From an uncultured Actinomycetota bacterium (lineage in GTDB: Bacteria; Actinomycetota; Actinomycetes; JAFAQI01): a stretch of DNA of 64,000 nucleotides. The stretch is from contig CAVYQE010000011.1 in assembly GCA_963770565.1 (NCBI GenBank), positions 864,001-928,000 of the forward strand, read 5' to 3'. Below are positions 31,850 through 41,480 of the stretch, piece after piece. Below the pieces are notes generated by a model. That model did not search any database, was not told where the DNA came from, and saw nothing but the letters and a program-made list of their open reading frames with translations. The number at the start of each line of letters is the position of its first letter. Within the stretch, counting starts at the first letter, position 1. The translations under genes and the position numbers were made by a program.

Positions 31850-31871
31850 CGAATTACACTAGTGTAATTCG
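31850..31871. promoter_or_regulatory. Perfect 22-bp AT-rich palindrome, candidate operator
   Basis: CGAATTACACTAGTGTAATTCG, about 17 nt upstream of the 66-aa ORF. Confidence 0.65.
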
Positions 31872-31908
31872 GCACCCATGCCGCATTCCTTGAGCGGTTT
31901 CGGCGTAC

Positions 31909-32592
31909 TTATTGAGGATTGGTTTGGTCTGTCCATCTGGACCCGTCCCACCACCGGTTAGTGCCGGGGATGCCCGGATCCGGGTACCAGCCCGGTGGGG
32001 GTCCGGCGCTTGCCGGCGGGTACATCATCGGTGCTGACGGCGGCCGCGGCCGGCGGCGACGCGCCGCGCCCACGATCGCCAGGACGATGCCCAGTACGGC
32101 GAGCACGAACCCCACCGCCATCAACACGAACCACCACGCCACCTGTCTGGCGATGTCACCCAACGTGTTCGACACGATGAACGGCACCCCGGGCGGGCCG
32201 CCGACGGCGACGTCGTAGTCGCCGGCCGTGGTGATCTGGAACCGCACCTGGCCGAGGTAGGTCGTCGAGTTTCGGGTCAGCGTCTCGGTGGTCGAGCCGG
32301 GGCCGTTGACCGGGATCCGCTGGCCGTTGCTCGAGGTGACCGTGACCTGCGCGGGGGAGATCGTCGCAATCACGCGCTCGGACACGTAGATCTCGTAGCT
32401 GCCGGTGCCGAAGTGGCGATGATCCGTTGTCGGCGTGGTCAGGACCGGGCTGGTGACCTCGCGGACGATCTTCCCGATTCCCTCGACCCCGCCGATCGTC
32501 GCCGCGACGACGCCGACCGCGACGATGGCCAGCGAGATACTCAGGCGCGGCCCGGGCGGCCGGGCCGGCGCAGCAAGGCCCGGATCCATCAC
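31909..32592 (-). CDS. Membrane protein with a C-terminal DUF2510 domain
   Basis: Two TM helices; PPGWYPDP...RWWDGSRWT. Confidence 0.85.
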   Translation of the reverse strand: MMDPGLAAPARPPGPRLSISLAIVAVGVVAATIGGVEGIGKIVREVTSPVLTTPTTDHRHFGTGSYEIYVSERVIATISPAQVTVTSSNGQRIPVNGPGSTTETLTRNSTTYLGQVRFQITTAGDYDVAVGGPPGVPFIVSNTLGDIARQVAWWFVLMAVGFVLAVLGIVLAIVGAARRRRPRPPSAPMMYPPASAGPPPGWYPDPGIPGTNRWWDGSRWTDQTNPQ

Positions 32593-32793
32593 GCCTCTAG
32601 CCTGCCCGATCCGGCCGCCCGGTTGCGGCCACCGCGCCGGAGCGGCCGGCCAACCGGCGGCTGGTCTTCAGGTTCCCCTCACCACCACGCTGGATGGTGG
32701 AAGCAGCAGGCGCACAGTCTTGGGCGCTTTTTTGGCCGGGGCGATGATTGAGGTGCGCACGATGTGGCCCGTTGGTGATGCGGAGCCGGCCCG

Positions 32794-33525
32794 GTGTTGA
32801 TCCGGGCCCGCCGGCACTGGAAAGGTGCCGTGCTCGGCGGTGCGGGGCTGCTCGTCGCGCTCGTGGTCGGCGGTCCGTACGTCTACATCCACGCCTTCGA
32901 GGGCAGCCAACCGGCGCCGCTCGCCCTGAGCGACGTGCCGATGTCGACCGCTCCGGCCTCCGACCACGGCAGCAGCGGTACGCCGTCGAGCAGGCCGGGG
33001 TCGCTCGACGGGGTCTGGCGGGTGACCGAAGGGTCCCAGGCGGGCTACCGGGTGAACGAGACCTTGGCCGGCCAGAGCACTACGGCGGTCGGTCGTACGT
33101 CCGCAGTCACCGGCTCGATCACGATCTCGGGCAAGGCGGTCACCGCCGCGTCGTTCACCGTGCAGATGGCGTCGGTCACCAGCGACCGCGACCAGCGCGA
33201 CCAGCAGTTCAGCGGACGGATCATGGACACCGCGCAATATCCGACCGGAACTTTCGTCCTCACCACGCCGATCGTGCTCGGCAAGGCGCCGAAGATCGGG
33301 AAGGTCATCACGGTCCAGGCCACCGGCACCCTGACCTTGCACGGCACCACCAAGCCGGTGACCTTCAGCGTGTCCGCGAAACGCACGAATGACCAGATCG
33401 CGGCCACCGGCGAGATCCCGATCACGTACGGCGACTACAACATCGACAACCCGAGCTTCGGCGGATTCGTCTCGGTCGGTAGTAGCGGAACGGTCGAGTT
33501 CCTGCTCGTCCTGACCAAGTCCTAG
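32794..33525 (+). CDS. YceI-family protein
   Basis: N-terminal TM; GYRVNE, SDRDQRD, GTLTLHGTTKPV. Confidence 0.88.
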   Translation: MLIRARRHWKGAVLGGAGLLVALVVGGPYVYIHAFEGSQPAPLALSDVPMSTAPASDHGSSGTPSSRPGSLDGVWRVTEGSQAGYRVNETLAGQSTTAVGRTSAVTGSITISGKAVTAASFTVQMASVTSDRDQRDQQFSGRIMDTAQYPTGTFVLTTPIVLGKAPKIGKVITVQATGTLTLHGTTKPVTFSVSAKRTNDQIAATGEIPITYGDYNIDNPSFGGFVSVGSSGTVEFLLVLTKS

Positions 33526-33603
33526 CGCCTCGGGCACTTGGACCCGGCGAGGCGGGACCTTAGGCCCTCGCCCGGCTCGGGCTGCCCAGTCGATCATCGA
33601 GGC

Positions 33604-34137
33604 ATGAGTGCTGTCTTCACCGATGCCCAGCGCGGCGTCCAGGCCGTCAACGCGAGTATGGGCGAGCGTGAGCTCGTCGCCACCTTGGAGCGCCACGGCG
33701 CCGACGAGGGGGAGATTCTCGCCCGCTACAACACGCTCGCGGAGGCGCTGCGCTCACCGGCGGCGCGCTATCTCGTGAGCTACATCATGGACGACGAGCG
33801 GCGGCACCACCGGATCATCGAGGAGCTCGCCAACACCGTTGCCTGGGGCGGCTTCAATGCGGCCGGCGAGGTCGCCAAGGTGCCGGATCTTCGCAACCAT
33901 CGGTACGAAGCGGCGGAGTTCATCGCGGAGACCCAGCGCCTGCTCGACTTCGAGAAGAAGGATCGGCGAGAGCTCCGCCGGCTCCGCAAGGACCTGCACG
34001 ACTTCGAAGACACGACGGTGTGGGCCTTGCTCGTCGACACGATGATTCTCGACACCGACAAGCACATCCGGATCCTGAAGTTCCTGCTCGATCACCTCAG
34101 CGCCGAGCCGACCGGCACGGTGGCCACCGAGAGCTAG
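33604..34137 (+). CDS. Ferritin-like four-helix-bundle hypothetical protein
   Basis: Paired carboxylate/His motifs DDERRHH and DTDKH. Confidence 0.65.
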   Translation: MSAVFTDAQRGVQAVNASMGERELVATLERHGADEGEILARYNTLAEALRSPAARYLVSYIMDDERRHHRIIEELANTVAWGGFNAAGEVAKVPDLRNHRYEAAEFIAETQRLLDFEKKDRRELRRLRKDLHDFEDTTVWALLVDTMILDTDKHIRILKFLLDHLSAEPTGTVATES

Positions 34138-34189
34138 GCGCCCCGCAATCGGGTTGCCGGTCAGATCGGGAAGGCGAGACGATGTCGTC

Positions 34190-34618
34190 ATGTTCGAGCC
34201 GCTGAAGGTCAATTCCCGGCTCGTGATCCCCGAGTCGGAGCTGCTTTGGCGGTTCTCGCGGTCATCCGGCCCGGGCGGGCAGTCGGTCAACACGAGCGAC
34301 AGCCGGGTCGAGCTCTCCTTCGACGTCGCCCGATCGCCCTCACTCGGGCCGATCCAGCGGTCACGCGCGCTCAACCGGCTCGAGGGCCGGTTGGTCGACG
34401 GCGTGGTCACGGTCGTGGCCGAGGAGCAACGGTCGCAGCTGCGCAACCGGGAGGCGGCCTGCGATCGGCTGGCGGAACTTCTGCGGGCAGCAATCGCACC
34501 ACCGCCGCCGCCTCGCCGCCCGACCAAGCCGTCGGCCGCGGCCCGTCAGCGCCGGCTCGACAGCAAGCGCAGCCGTGGTCAGACCAAGAAGCTGCGCCAG
34601 CCACCGGTCCCGGACTAA
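34190..34618 (+). CDS. arfB: Alternative ribosome rescue factor ArfB
   Basis: FSRSSGPGGQSVN, SQLRNR, basic tail RRPTKPS...KKLR. Confidence 0.93.
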   Translation: MFEPLKVNSRLVIPESELLWRFSRSSGPGGQSVNTSDSRVELSFDVARSPSLGPIQRSRALNRLEGRLVDGVVTVVAEEQRSQLRNREAACDRLAELLRAAIAPPPPPRRPTKPSAAARQRRLDSKRSRGQTKKLRQPPVPD

Positions 34619-35193
34619 GCAGACGCAGCGTGCCGGCCGGCTCGGAACGGCGCGTCGAGCACGAACAGCAGGACGAGCGCCAAGCCGCCAGCGCTGAAGA
34701 TGTACCAGGGCCAGGGGCCGAGCACTGACAGCAGCGACCAGTGCACCGGCCGGGAGGCAAGGAACATGTAGTCCGCGCCGAGGACGGCGTCCATGATGCC
34801 GACGAAGCCGGTGTAGACCACCGTGATCGCAAACACCCGCGGCACGGCGCCGGCCCGCGGCCGATAGCCGAGCCCGACGACCAGATACAGCGCGGCGATC
34901 ACGATCCCGAGGTGGCCGACGACGTACTCGAAGAACATCAGGTGCGGGAAACCGACCGACAGGTCCGGGGTGGCGACCGCCTGAAGGGTGCCGGCCAGCC
35001 CCCAGAACCAGGTGAGCTCGATCAGCAGCGGCTGGCTGGGCCACCAGCAGGCAGCGGCCGCGATGACCAGCGCGACGTCACACAGTGCCAGTGGCAGCGA
35101 TGCGCGGGCGGTCCAGGTGTGCCTGATCACAGGATCGACGGCGAAGACCACGGCATCGACGACCAGCATGAGCGCGAGCGCCCGGGCGGCCAC
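34615..35193 (-). CDS. TIGR02206/YwaF-family membrane protein; true start is probably about 100 nt further upstream
   Basis: LPLALCD, GTLQAVATPDL, DYMFL, LGPWPWY; an in-frame hydrophobic extension runs to about 35292. Confidence 0.82.
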   Translation of the reverse strand: MAARALALMLVVDAVVFAVDPVIRHTWTARASLPLALCDVALVIAAAACWWPSQPLLIELTWFWGLAGTLQAVATPDLSVGFPHLMFFEYVVGHLGIVIAALYLVVGLGYRPRAGAVPRVFAITVVYTGFVGIMDAVLGADYMFLASRPVHWSLLSVLGPWPWYIFSAGGLALVLLFVLDAPFRAGRHAASA

Positions 35194-35296
35194 CGTCGTC
35201 CACGGTCCGGGGGAGCGGCGGGCGGCGACGCACAGCGCGCCACATCCGCAGGCTGCGATGCCTACACAGGTCCAGTACGCGCCGGACGTCGTGACC

Positions 35297-37027
35297 TCAG
35301 TGCGATGCGCTGGTGGCGCTGCCGTCGTCGACCGGATGCTCCGGCGCGGCCTCCCGGGGCGCGGCGTAGAACTTCTCGAGCTTCAGCCGGGCTCGTTCCA
35401 TCATGGCGACCGGGCGCTTGATCGGCCGGTTCGCGGTCGGGTCGGAGGCGCGGCTTGCGGCGCCGGCCAGCTCCTTGTGACCGTTCGACGGCGTCCCGCC
35501 GTCGGCGTGGCCGTTGGGGCCCGATCCGGTAACGGCGGGAGCGTGGTGGGCGTGCAGGTCGTAGCCGATCTGGGCCGCGAGCACCGCGGCCGCCTCGGGC
35601 GCGACCGGCTCTTCCACCTCGATGTACTCACCGTGCGGCAGTCGGCGGATGATGCCGGTCTCGATGCCGTGATGCAGGAGGTTTTCGTCGTGTCGTTGTA
35701 ATCCGAGACAGAGTCGTTTCGTCAGCTTGAAGGCGATCGGTGGCAGTGCGATCAGCAGGAAGCGCAGGACCCAGGTGGTCGCCTGCAGCGACCAGTGGAA
35801 GGTGCTGGCCAGGATGTCGTTGGAGCCGCCGATCACAAGGATCATGTAGAAGGTCAGAGACATCACGCCGAGCCCGGTCCGCACCGGTACGTCGCGCGGC
35901 CGGTCAAGCAGGTTGTGGTAGCCCTTGTCCTTCGTCGCCCAGGCTTCGATGGCCGGATACATCGCGATCAGGTTGAACATGAGGCCAGGGATGATCACGC
36001 CCGGGATCAAGATGTTCCAGCTGATCGTGTGATGGAAGATGTGCGTCTCCCAGTTGGGCATCATCCGCAGTGAGCCCTCGAGGAACAGGATGTACCAGTC
36101 CGGCTGCGAACCGGCAGAGACCTGCCCTGCGTTATAGGGCCCGTACAACCAGACCGGGTTGATCTGGGCGAAGGCACCGAGTGCGGCGCACATTCCGAAG
36201 ACCATGAAGAAGAAGCCGTTGGTCTTGAGGAAGAACGTCGGGTAGAACTTCGTCCCGATCACGACGTCCTCGGTCTTGCCGGGGCCGGGGAAGTCGGTGT
36301 GCTTCTGGTGCCAGAGGATCATCATGTGCGCGGCGATCAGCGCCAGCATGATGCCGGGCACGAGCAGCACATGGATGATGAACAGCCGGGAGATGATGTC
36401 CTGGCCCGGATAGCTGCTCCCGAACAGGAAGTAGCAGACGTAGGTGCCGACCACCGGGATCGACTCGGCCACCGAGTAGGCGATCCGCAGGCCGGTGCCG
36501 GACAGCAGGTCGTCGGGCAGCGAGTAGCCGCAGAAGCCTTCCAGGATCGCCAGGATCAGCAGGATCGTCCCGATGTGCCAGTTGATCGTGCGCGGCTTGC
36601 GGAACGCGCCGGTGAAGTAGACCCGGAACATGTGCACCACGATCGACGTGGTGAACAGCAGTGCGGCCCAGTGGTGGATCTGGCGCATGAGCAGGCCGCC
36701 GCGCACATCGAAGGAGATGTGCAAGGTCGAGGCGTACGCATCGGTCATCGGTACGTTGCGCAGGTACGGGTAACTGCCGTTGTAGATGACCTGGCGCTGG
36801 CTGGCGTGGAAGAACAAGGTCAGGTAGACGCCGGTCAGCAGCAGGATGACGAAGCTGTAGAGCGCGATCTCGCCGAGCATGAACGACCAGTGGTCCGGAA
36901 AGACCTTGTCCATGCTGCGCTTGAGGAAGTTCGCCGAGCCCATCCGGTCGTCGACGTACTTCAGCACCTTGCGGGTCGACTGCTCGGCCGGCGAGACCTT
37001 CACCTCTTCGCTTGCGGTGTCGGTCAT
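35297..37027 (-). CDS. qcrB: Cytochrome bc1 complex cytochrome b
   Basis: FPDHWSFMLGE, RQIHHWAA, GYSLPDD, QPDWY. Confidence 0.96.
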   Translation of the reverse strand: MTDTASEEVKVSPAEQSTRKVLKYVDDRMGSANFLKRSMDKVFPDHWSFMLGEIALYSFVILLLTGVYLTLFFHASQRQVIYNGSYPYLRNVPMTDAYASTLHISFDVRGGLLMRQIHHWAALLFTTSIVVHMFRVYFTGAFRKPRTINWHIGTILLILAILEGFCGYSLPDDLLSGTGLRIAYSVAESIPVVGTYVCYFLFGSSYPGQDIISRLFIIHVLLVPGIMLALIAAHMMILWHQKHTDFPGPGKTEDVVIGTKFYPTFFLKTNGFFFMVFGMCAALGAFAQINPVWLYGPYNAGQVSAGSQPDWYILFLEGSLRMMPNWETHIFHHTISWNILIPGVIIPGLMFNLIAMYPAIEAWATKDKGYHNLLDRPRDVPVRTGLGVMSLTFYMILVIGGSNDILASTFHWSLQATTWVLRFLLIALPPIAFKLTKRLCLGLQRHDENLLHHGIETGIIRRLPHGEYIEVEEPVAPEAAAVLAAQIGYDLHAHHAPAVTGSGPNGHADGGTPSNGHKELAGAASRASDPTANRPIKRPVAMMERARLKLEKFYAAPREAAPEHPVDDGSATSASH

Positions 37028-38040
37028 CGGCGCTCCCAGAAGCTCGGGCCCACGGCCTCGGAGTACGGGCCCTTGGCGTAGAAGTAGCCCTCGCTGTCAA
37101 CCCCGATCTGCAGCTGCGGCAGCGGGCGCGCGGCCGGACCGAAGATGACCTTGGCGTCGCGTGCCATGTCGAACGTCGACTGGTGACACGGGCAGAGCAG
37201 GTGGTGACTCTGCTGCTCGTACAGGCTGATCGGGCAACCGGCGTGCGTGCAGATCTTGGAGTATGCGACGTGGTAGTCGACCCCCCAGTTGACCTCCTTC
37301 TCCGAGAGGATCTCGCCCGGCGCGAACCGGATCAGCATCGTCGGCGCAAGCGCCTCGTCGTTGACGTCGCCGAAGCCCTCAGGCATCACGGTCTGGATGC
37401 CGCCGATCGCCAGGCTGCCGAGCTTGACCGGCAGCCCGGTGTCCAGGTCGACCAGGCGTACGCCGGCTCGCCAGCCGGTCTCGAGCAGGCTGCGGCCGGG
37501 CAGCGGACCGAGGTCGCGCAGCATGACGACGAACGGCAGCGGAAAGAGGCCGAGCGCGCCGAGCAGGGTGCGGCGCAACATCTTGTATTTGCCGAGCCCG
37601 AGGTCGTTGGCCCCCGCGATGAAGGTGTCTTCCGCCTCCTGCTCCTCCTCGGGAGGGGAGTGAAAGTCGTGGCGGTCCTGGATCGCCTTCTCGTGCGGCA
37701 ACAGCTTCTTGGCCCACACGATGAGGCCGGCCCCGATCGCGAACAGCGCGACGGCCAGGCCGCCGCCGATCGTCTCGTTGCTGTACTTGCCGAGCTTGTC
37801 GTGGATCGAGACCGCGAAGTAGCAGACCAGCACGAAGACGGTGGCCGCGATGCCGAGGGCGAACAGAGCGGTGACCTGAAGCTCGGCAAAGCTGCGGTCG
37901 CGCGGGTCCTCGGCGTGGGTGTCCAGCTCGGCCGGGTGCTCGTCCCGGACGGCGACCGTCGTTGTGGTGGCCTCATCGGCGTCACGACGGCGACCGATCC
38001 GGCGCCGGGGTTGGCCGGCTCGAGGGTTTTCGTCGGTCAT
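37024..38040 (-). CDS. qcrA: Rieske Fe-S subunit
   Basis: CTHAGC, CPCHQS, GPAARPL. Confidence 0.95.
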   Translation of the reverse strand: MTDENPRAGQPRRRIGRRRDADEATTTTVAVRDEHPAELDTHAEDPRDRSFAELQVTALFALGIAATVFVLVCYFAVSIHDKLGKYSNETIGGGLAVALFAIGAGLIVWAKKLLPHEKAIQDRHDFHSPPEEEQEAEDTFIAGANDLGLGKYKMLRRTLLGALGLFPLPFVVMLRDLGPLPGRSLLETGWRAGVRLVDLDTGLPVKLGSLAIGGIQTVMPEGFGDVNDEALAPTMLIRFAPGEILSEKEVNWGVDYHVAYSKICTHAGCPISLYEQQSHHLLCPCHQSTFDMARDAKVIFGPAARPLPQLQIGVDSEGYFYAKGPYSEAVGPSFWERR

Positions 38041-38840
38041 GCCTTGGAGCCGATCCACATCGTGACGACGACCAGGCCTCCGATGCCGACCAGCCAGGCG
38101 ACCACGGTCTCGCTGACCGGGCCGACCCGCCCGAGCCCGGATCCGCCCGGGTTCGGCGAGGTCTTGATCTCTCGGATGTATTTGATGATCGCGAGCTTCT
38201 GCGCGGGCGTGATCTCCTGGTCACCGAAGACCGGCATGCTCTCCGGGCCGGTGATCATCGCCTCGTAGATCTGCTTCGGGGTCGCGTCGGAAAGCGTCGG
38301 CGCGTACTTGCCGTAGGTCAGCGCGCCACCCGAGCCGGCGAAGTTGTGGCACTGCGCGCAGTTCGTGCGGAACAACGCGCCGCCGAACGCGACGTCCGCG
38401 CTCTGGTAGTTGAGGTCGGTCGGGATCGCCGGACCCGGGCCGAGGCTTGCGACGTACGCCGCGATCTGCTCGGTCTGCGCGTCGGTGTAGCGGTTGCGCT
38501 TGCGCGGCGCCTCGGTGGTGTGCTGCTGCAACGGCATCCGGCCGGTGCCCACCTGGAAGTCGGCTGCGGCCGCACCGACCCCGATCAGGCTCGGCGCGGT
38601 GGCCCCGCCCTCGCCGTTGAGGCCGTGACACGACGAGCAGCCGTGCAAGTACAGCTGGTATCCCTGCTCGACCGCGGGGTTGGTGCTGGCGGCCGAGGAG
38701 TGCCCGGGCGCGAAACCGGTGTAGAGCAAGCCGATCGTGCCGAGCCCGAAGACCACGATCCCGAGGTGGGCGAACCCGCGGCGGATTCGGCGCCGGCGGG
38801 GAGCCTCAGCGGGCAGGTCGGGTGAGCTCACGGTGTCCAT
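38037..38840 (-). CDS. qcrC: Diheme cytochrome c subunit
   Basis: CSSCH and CAQCH; GRMP. Confidence 0.95.
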   Translation of the reverse strand: MDTVSSPDLPAEAPRRRRIRRGFAHLGIVVFGLGTIGLLYTGFAPGHSSAASTNPAVEQGYQLYLHGCSSCHGLNGEGGATAPSLIGVGAAAADFQVGTGRMPLQQHTTEAPRKRNRYTDAQTEQIAAYVASLGPGPAIPTDLNYQSADVAFGGALFRTNCAQCHNFAGSGGALTYGKYAPTLSDATPKQIYEAMITGPESMPVFGDQEITPAQKLAIIKYIREIKTSPNPGGSGLGRVGPVSETVVAWLVGIGGLVVVTMWIGSKA

Positions 38841-38844
38841 TCGG

Positions 38845-39441
38845 CTAGCGGATCAGGTAGATGACGGTGAACAGGCCGATCCAGACGATGTCGACGAAGT
38901 GCCAGTAGTACGACACGACGATCGCCGCGGTGGCCTGCGCAGGGGTGAACTTGCCGAATGTGGTCCGCAACATCAGCAAGACGAACGCGATCAGCCCTCC
39001 CAGCACGTGCAGGCCGTGGAACCCGGTCGTGAGGTAGTAGACCGAGCTGTAGCCGCTGGAGGAGAGCACGAAGTCGTTGTGCACGAAGTACTCGAAGGAC
39101 TGGCCGCCGATGAAGACCGATCCCATGAAGAACGTGACCATGAACCAGAACCGCAACCGCTCGACGTCTCCGCGCTCGGCCGCGAACACACCGAGCTGGC
39201 AGGTGACACTCGACAGCACCAGGATGATCGTGAACGGCGCCGCGGTCTTGAGGTCGAGCACGACCTCCTTGGGTGGCCAGTTCGGCTCGTTGACCGCGCG
39301 GACCGTGAAGTACATCGCGAACAGTGCGGCGAAGAACATCAGCTCCGACGAGAGCCAGACGATGACCCCGACACTGACCAGGTTGGGTCGATGCAGGGAG
39401 CCGTGCGACGGCAGCTGATCGATCGCGGTAGCGGAGGCCAC
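38845..39441 (-). CDS. ctaE: Cytochrome c oxidase subunit III
   Basis: [23 protein letters not shown]. Confidence 0.95.
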   Translation of the reverse strand: MASATAIDQLPSHGSLHRPNLVSVGVIVWLSSELMFFAALFAMYFTVRAVNEPNWPPKEVVLDLKTAAPFTIILVLSSVTCQLGVFAAERGDVERLRFWFMVTFFMGSVFIGGQSFEYFVHNDFVLSSSGYSSVYYLTTGFHGLHVLGGLIAFVLLMLRTTFGKFTPAQATAAIVVSYYWHFVDIVWIGLFTVIYLIR

Positions 39442-39529
39442 GGAGGGATTCTGCCAGTCGCCGGTGGGGAGTGGCGCAGGACCCCCGTCGGCGCGTCGCG
39501 GTCGGATTTCGCTGCTCTACGATCGGCGC

Positions 39530-39988
39530 ATGGCAGCGCACCCGCACGACCCCGGCGCGATCGGGGCGGCCGCCTCGACGGCACCACGTACGGCGACCGT
39601 GCTGGTGTATTCGAGCCACGACGCGACCCGGGCCCGGATCATCAGCGCACTTGGTCACAAGCCCGCTCCCGACCTGGAGCTCGAGTACGTCGAGGCGAGT
39701 CGGGGCGACCAGTTCATCGACCGCTGTGACGCCGGGGGGATCGACCTGGTGATCCTCGACGGCGAGGCGGCCCCGACCGGGGGCATGGGCCTGGCCCGCC
39801 AGCTCAAGGACGAGCTGGACGCGCCGCCGCCGGTCTTGCTGGTGGTCGGTCGCCGCGACGACGCCTGGCTGGCCACCTGGTCCCGCGCGGAACGCGTGAT
39901 CTCCCATCCGATCGATGCGGTTCAGATCGCCGAGGTCGTGACCTCGCTCCTGTCGAGCGCGGCCGACCCGGTCAGCGCCGCGCACTGA
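39530..39988 (+). CDS. Stand-alone receiver-like protein
   Basis: [31 protein letters not shown]. Confidence 0.8.
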   Translation: MAAHPHDPGAIGAAASTAPRTATVLVYSSHDATRARIISALGHKPAPDLELEYVEASRGDQFIDRCDAGGIDLVILDGEAAPTGGMGLARQLKDELDAPPPVLLVVGRRDDAWLATWSRAERVISHPIDAVQIAEVVTSLLSSAADPVSAAH

Positions 39989-40016
39989 GCCCGGCGCTGG
40001 GGAGGGAGGGTCGGTC

Positions 40017-41060
40017 GTGACCAGCTGGCCGACCTTGTTCACCGCGCTGGTCGCCGGCCGCTCGTTGCCGGCAGAGGACACCGCCTGGGCGATGACCGAG
40101 ATCATGAGCGGCTCGGCGACGACGGCGCAGATCGCCGGGTTTGCGATGGCACTTCGCGTCAAGGGCGAGAGCACCGAAGAGGTGATCGGGCTGGCGCGCG
40201 CGATGCTGGCCCATGCGACGCCCCTGACCATTGCCGGACCGGCGGTCGACACCTGCGGCACGGGTGGGGACCGGGCCGCCACGGTCAACATCTCGACCCT
40301 GGCCGCACTCGTCGTACGCGGGGCCGGCGGGCGGGTCGTGAAGCACGGCAACCGGGCAGCTTCGTCGGCGTGCGGATCGGCGGACCTCCTGGAGGAGCTC
40401 GGCGTCGTCATCGACCTGCCGCCGGACGGTGTGCGCAGCTGTGTCGAGCAGGCCGGGATCGGCTTCTGCTTCGCGCGGGTCTTCCACCCGGCGTTGCGAC
40501 ATGCCGCCGCGCCGCGCGGCGAGCTGGGCGTGGGGACCTTCTTCAACTTCCTCGGCCCGCTGGCCAACCCGGCCCAGCCAGCCGCCCAGGCGGTCGGGGT
40601 CGCCGACGAACGGATCGCCGGGGTGATGGCCGGTGTGCTCGCCGACCGGGGGACGTCGGCGCTGGTCTTCCGGGGGACCGACGGGCTCGACGAGCTGTCC
40701 GTTTCGGCGCCGTCGCGGGTGTGGGTGGTGGTCGACGGTGGCGTCCGGCCCGACACCGTCGACCCGGTCGAGCTGGGCATCGCGGTCGCCGAGGAAGGGG
40801 CGCTGCGCGGCGGCGACGCGGCCCACAACGCCGGTATCACCCGCCGGCTGCTCGACGGCGAGGCCGGACCGGTGCGCGACGCCGTCCTGCTCAACGCCGC
40901 GGCCGCGCTCGTCGCCCTCGATGGACCGACCGCCGAGCCGGTGACGAATCAGCTGGCGGCGGCGCTTCCTCGGGCCGCTGAGTCGCTCGTTTCGGGGGCA
41001 GCCGGCGCTGCGCTGGATGCCTGGGTGGCGGCGAGTGTCGCAGCTCGCGACGCGAGCTGA
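40017..41060 (+). CDS. trpD: Anthranilate phosphoribosyltransferase
   Basis: [27 protein letters not shown]. Confidence 0.95.
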   Translation: MTSWPTLFTALVAGRSLPAEDTAWAMTEIMSGSATTAQIAGFAMALRVKGESTEEVIGLARAMLAHATPLTIAGPAVDTCGTGGDRAATVNISTLAALVVRGAGGRVVKHGNRAASSACGSADLLEELGVVIDLPPDGVRSCVEQAGIGFCFARVFHPALRHAAAPRGELGVGTFFNFLGPLANPAQPAAQAVGVADERIAGVMAGVLADRGTSALVFRGTDGLDELSVSAPSRVWVVVDGGVRPDTVDPVELGIAVAEEGALRGGDAAHNAGITRRLLDGEAGPVRDAVLLNAAAALVALDGPTAEPVTNQLAAALPRAAESLVSGAAGAALDAWVAASVAARDAS

Positions 41061-41065
41061 TCTGC

Positions 41066-41180
41066 CACACGCATGGCCCATGCGTGGGCCTATGGCCCCA
41101 CCGATGGGCCATGCGTGGGCCTATGGCCCCACCGATGGGCCATGCGTGGGCCTATCGCCCCCCCGATGGGCCATGCGTGT
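41066..41180. repeat. Repeat family B, locus 2 (about 3.5 units of 31 bp)
   Basis: Units at 41073, 41104, 41135 and 41166; terminal inverted arms ACACGCATGGCCCAT/ATGGGCCATGCGTGT. Confidence 0.92.
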
Positions 41181-41182
41181 CG

Positions 41183-41470
41183 CTAGTCCGAGTCGCTGAT
41201 CCCGAGCGAGAACGCCGCCTCGAGGTCGTGCTGGGTGTAGGTCCGGAACGCGACGTGGGTCTCGGTGGCGAGCACGCCGTCGACCTTGTTGAGCCGGTCC
41301 GCGACCACGTCGGCGATCTCCTCGTGCGACCGGACCCGGATGAGCGCGATCAGGTCGATCTCGCCGGTCACTGAGTAGACCTCGGTCACCCCGGGCAGAG
41401 TGGCGATCTCCTCGGCCACCTCAGGGATCCGATCGACGGCGGCCGACACGAAAACGATCGCAGTGATCAC
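41183..41470 (-). CDS. Lrp/AsnC ligand-binding-domain protein (no HTH)
   Basis: EVYSVTGEIDLIA, TETHVAFRTY, DLEAAF. Confidence 0.88.
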   Translation of the reverse strand: MITAIVFVSAAVDRIPEVAEEIATLPGVTEVYSVTGEIDLIALIRVRSHEEIADVVADRLNKVDGVLATETHVAFRTYTQHDLEAAFSLGISDSD

Positions 41471-41480
41471 GGGCCGGAGC

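Noticed and set aside
29530-31893. 787-aa CtaD with a novel C-terminal extension or a CtaD-CtaF fusion
   Set aside because: The extension is off-frame read-through after an insertion; the conserved CtaD tail and ctaF are in other frames.
32609-32666. Imperfect inverted repeat between the DUF2510 and YceI genes as a structured RNA
   Set aside because: GC-rich imperfect pairing is expected by chance; no second copy or known motif was seen.
28688-41060. Convergent ctaCDF versus ctaE-qcrCAB arrangement as a novel rearrangement
   Set aside because: It matches the order I recall for mycobacteria-like actinobacteria (trpD divergent from ctaE-qcrCAB, with ctaC/ctaF convergent).
41066-41180. 31-bp repeat arrays (also 27312, 52229 and family A) as CRISPR arrays
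   Set aside because: The units are contiguous with no unique spacers, the arrays have only 3-4 units, and no cas genes are in the window.
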